Shown: one piece after another, positions 63,125 to 64,000 of the stretch | How the letters are laid out: every line of letters starts with the position of its first letter | Numbering within the stretch: position 1 is the stretch's first letter | NCBI RefSeq assembly: GCF_009914755.1 | Contig: NC_060937.1 | Strand: one strand, 5' to 3' | DNA from: the human T2T-CHM13v2.0 reference genome, Homo sapiens | DNA: 64,000 nucleotides | The notes under the pieces: model-generated | Told to the model about the DNA's origin: nothing | What the model saw: the letters and a program-made list of their open reading frames with translations, nothing else | The model's database searches: none | Position numbers and translations under genes: made by a program

Positions 63125-63612
63125 TTCTCTCCTTTTCCCCTCCCTCCTCTCACCTCGTCTTTCCTTCCCTCCCCTCACCTCCTCTTTCCGTCCCTCCTCT
63201 CACCTCCTCTTTCCTTCCCTCCCCTCCCCTCCTCTTTCCTTCCCTCCCCTCACCTCCTTTTTCCGTCCCTCCCCTCACCTCCTCTTTCCTTCCCTCCCCT
63301 CACCTCCTTTTTCCGTCCCTCCTCTCACCTCCTCTTTCCTTCCCTCCCCTCCCCTCCTCTTTCCTTCCCTCCCCTCACCTCCTTTTTCCGTCCCTCCTCT
63401 CACCTCCTCTTTCCTTCCCTCCCCTCCCCTCCTCTTTCTCTCCCTCCCCTCACCTCCTCTTTCCCTCCCTCCCCTCACCTCCTCTTTCCCTCCCTCCCCT
63501 CACCTCCTCTTTCCCTCCCTCCCCTCACCTCCTGTTTCCCTCTCTCCCCTCACCTCCTGTTTCCCTCCCTCCCCTCACCTCTTGTTTCCTTCCCTCCCAT
63601 CCTCCCTCCCTT
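63125..63612. repeat. Polypyrimidine minisatellite, about 25-bp unit CCTCCTCTTTCCTTCCCTCCCCTCA, about 19 copies
   Basis: Almost pure C/T on the + strand; source of the Pro/Ser/Leu ORFs. Confidence 0.95.
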
Positions 63613-63716
63613 ATTTCACTAACTTCGAATTTCTTTAGCACTTAATATATGTGGTTAAGAAAATGGGCCTGAGACAGACTGCCTGTGTTGAATCTGGCTC
63701 TACCAATTACTTAATC

Positions 63717-63923
63717 TAGTGGATCTCACTCGGGGTGCGATATTTGATCCTCAAGAGAGATTTACAACTCCTGGAGACATTGTTGTCAGGTTGGAAGTGC
63801 TAGTGGCATCTGGTTGGTGGAGTCCAGGGATGTCACGAAGCACCCTGATGTGCACCCACAGCCCCCAACAATAAAGAACTATCTGGTTGTAAATGACAAT
63901 AGTGCTGAGATTGAGAAACCCTG
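63717..63923 (+). mobile_element. MER20, near full length
   Basis: TAGTGGATCTCA...CTGGAGACAT...GTGCTAGTGGCATCTGG...AATAGTGCTGAGATTGAGAAACCCTG. Confidence 0.85.
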
Positions 63924-64000
63924 ACTTCACCTGTGGTCAAGGTTACCAGGGTCAGGCTTCTGGAATTGGGGACCACAGCAAGAAAAGGACAGATACGTGA

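Overview
Primate (human-like) non-coding genomic DNA. It is not prokaryotic, and I find no convincing protein-coding gene, RNA gene or CRISPR array. The window opens inside the 5' end of a minus-strand L1PA element (intact 5'UTR, dead ORF1). It also carries five Alus and a FLAM, solo LTRs (HERV-W LTR17, MER66-like, MER34-like, MLT1), DNA-transposon relics (MER20, MER5, Tigger3, MER44) and MIR/L2/old L1 fragments. There is an unusually dense set of minisatellites with 21-54 bp units. VNTR density and GC-shifted old repeats suggest a distal, high-recombination chromosome region. A repeat-poor, AT-rich block at about 31-36.4 kb looks like conserved non-coding regulatory DNA and holds a well-formed 39-nt candidate exon on the minus strand. 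A CpG-rich island sits at about 47.6-48.7 kb. Almost all ORFs in the supplied track are repeat-derived or chance. Repeat family names come from recalled consensus sequences, not from a search, and I could not identify the locus or a host gene. I found no clear undescribed system. The best leads are the candidate micro-exons, the structured VNTRs, a diverged dispersed duplication and the GC-shifted transposons inside the CpG island.
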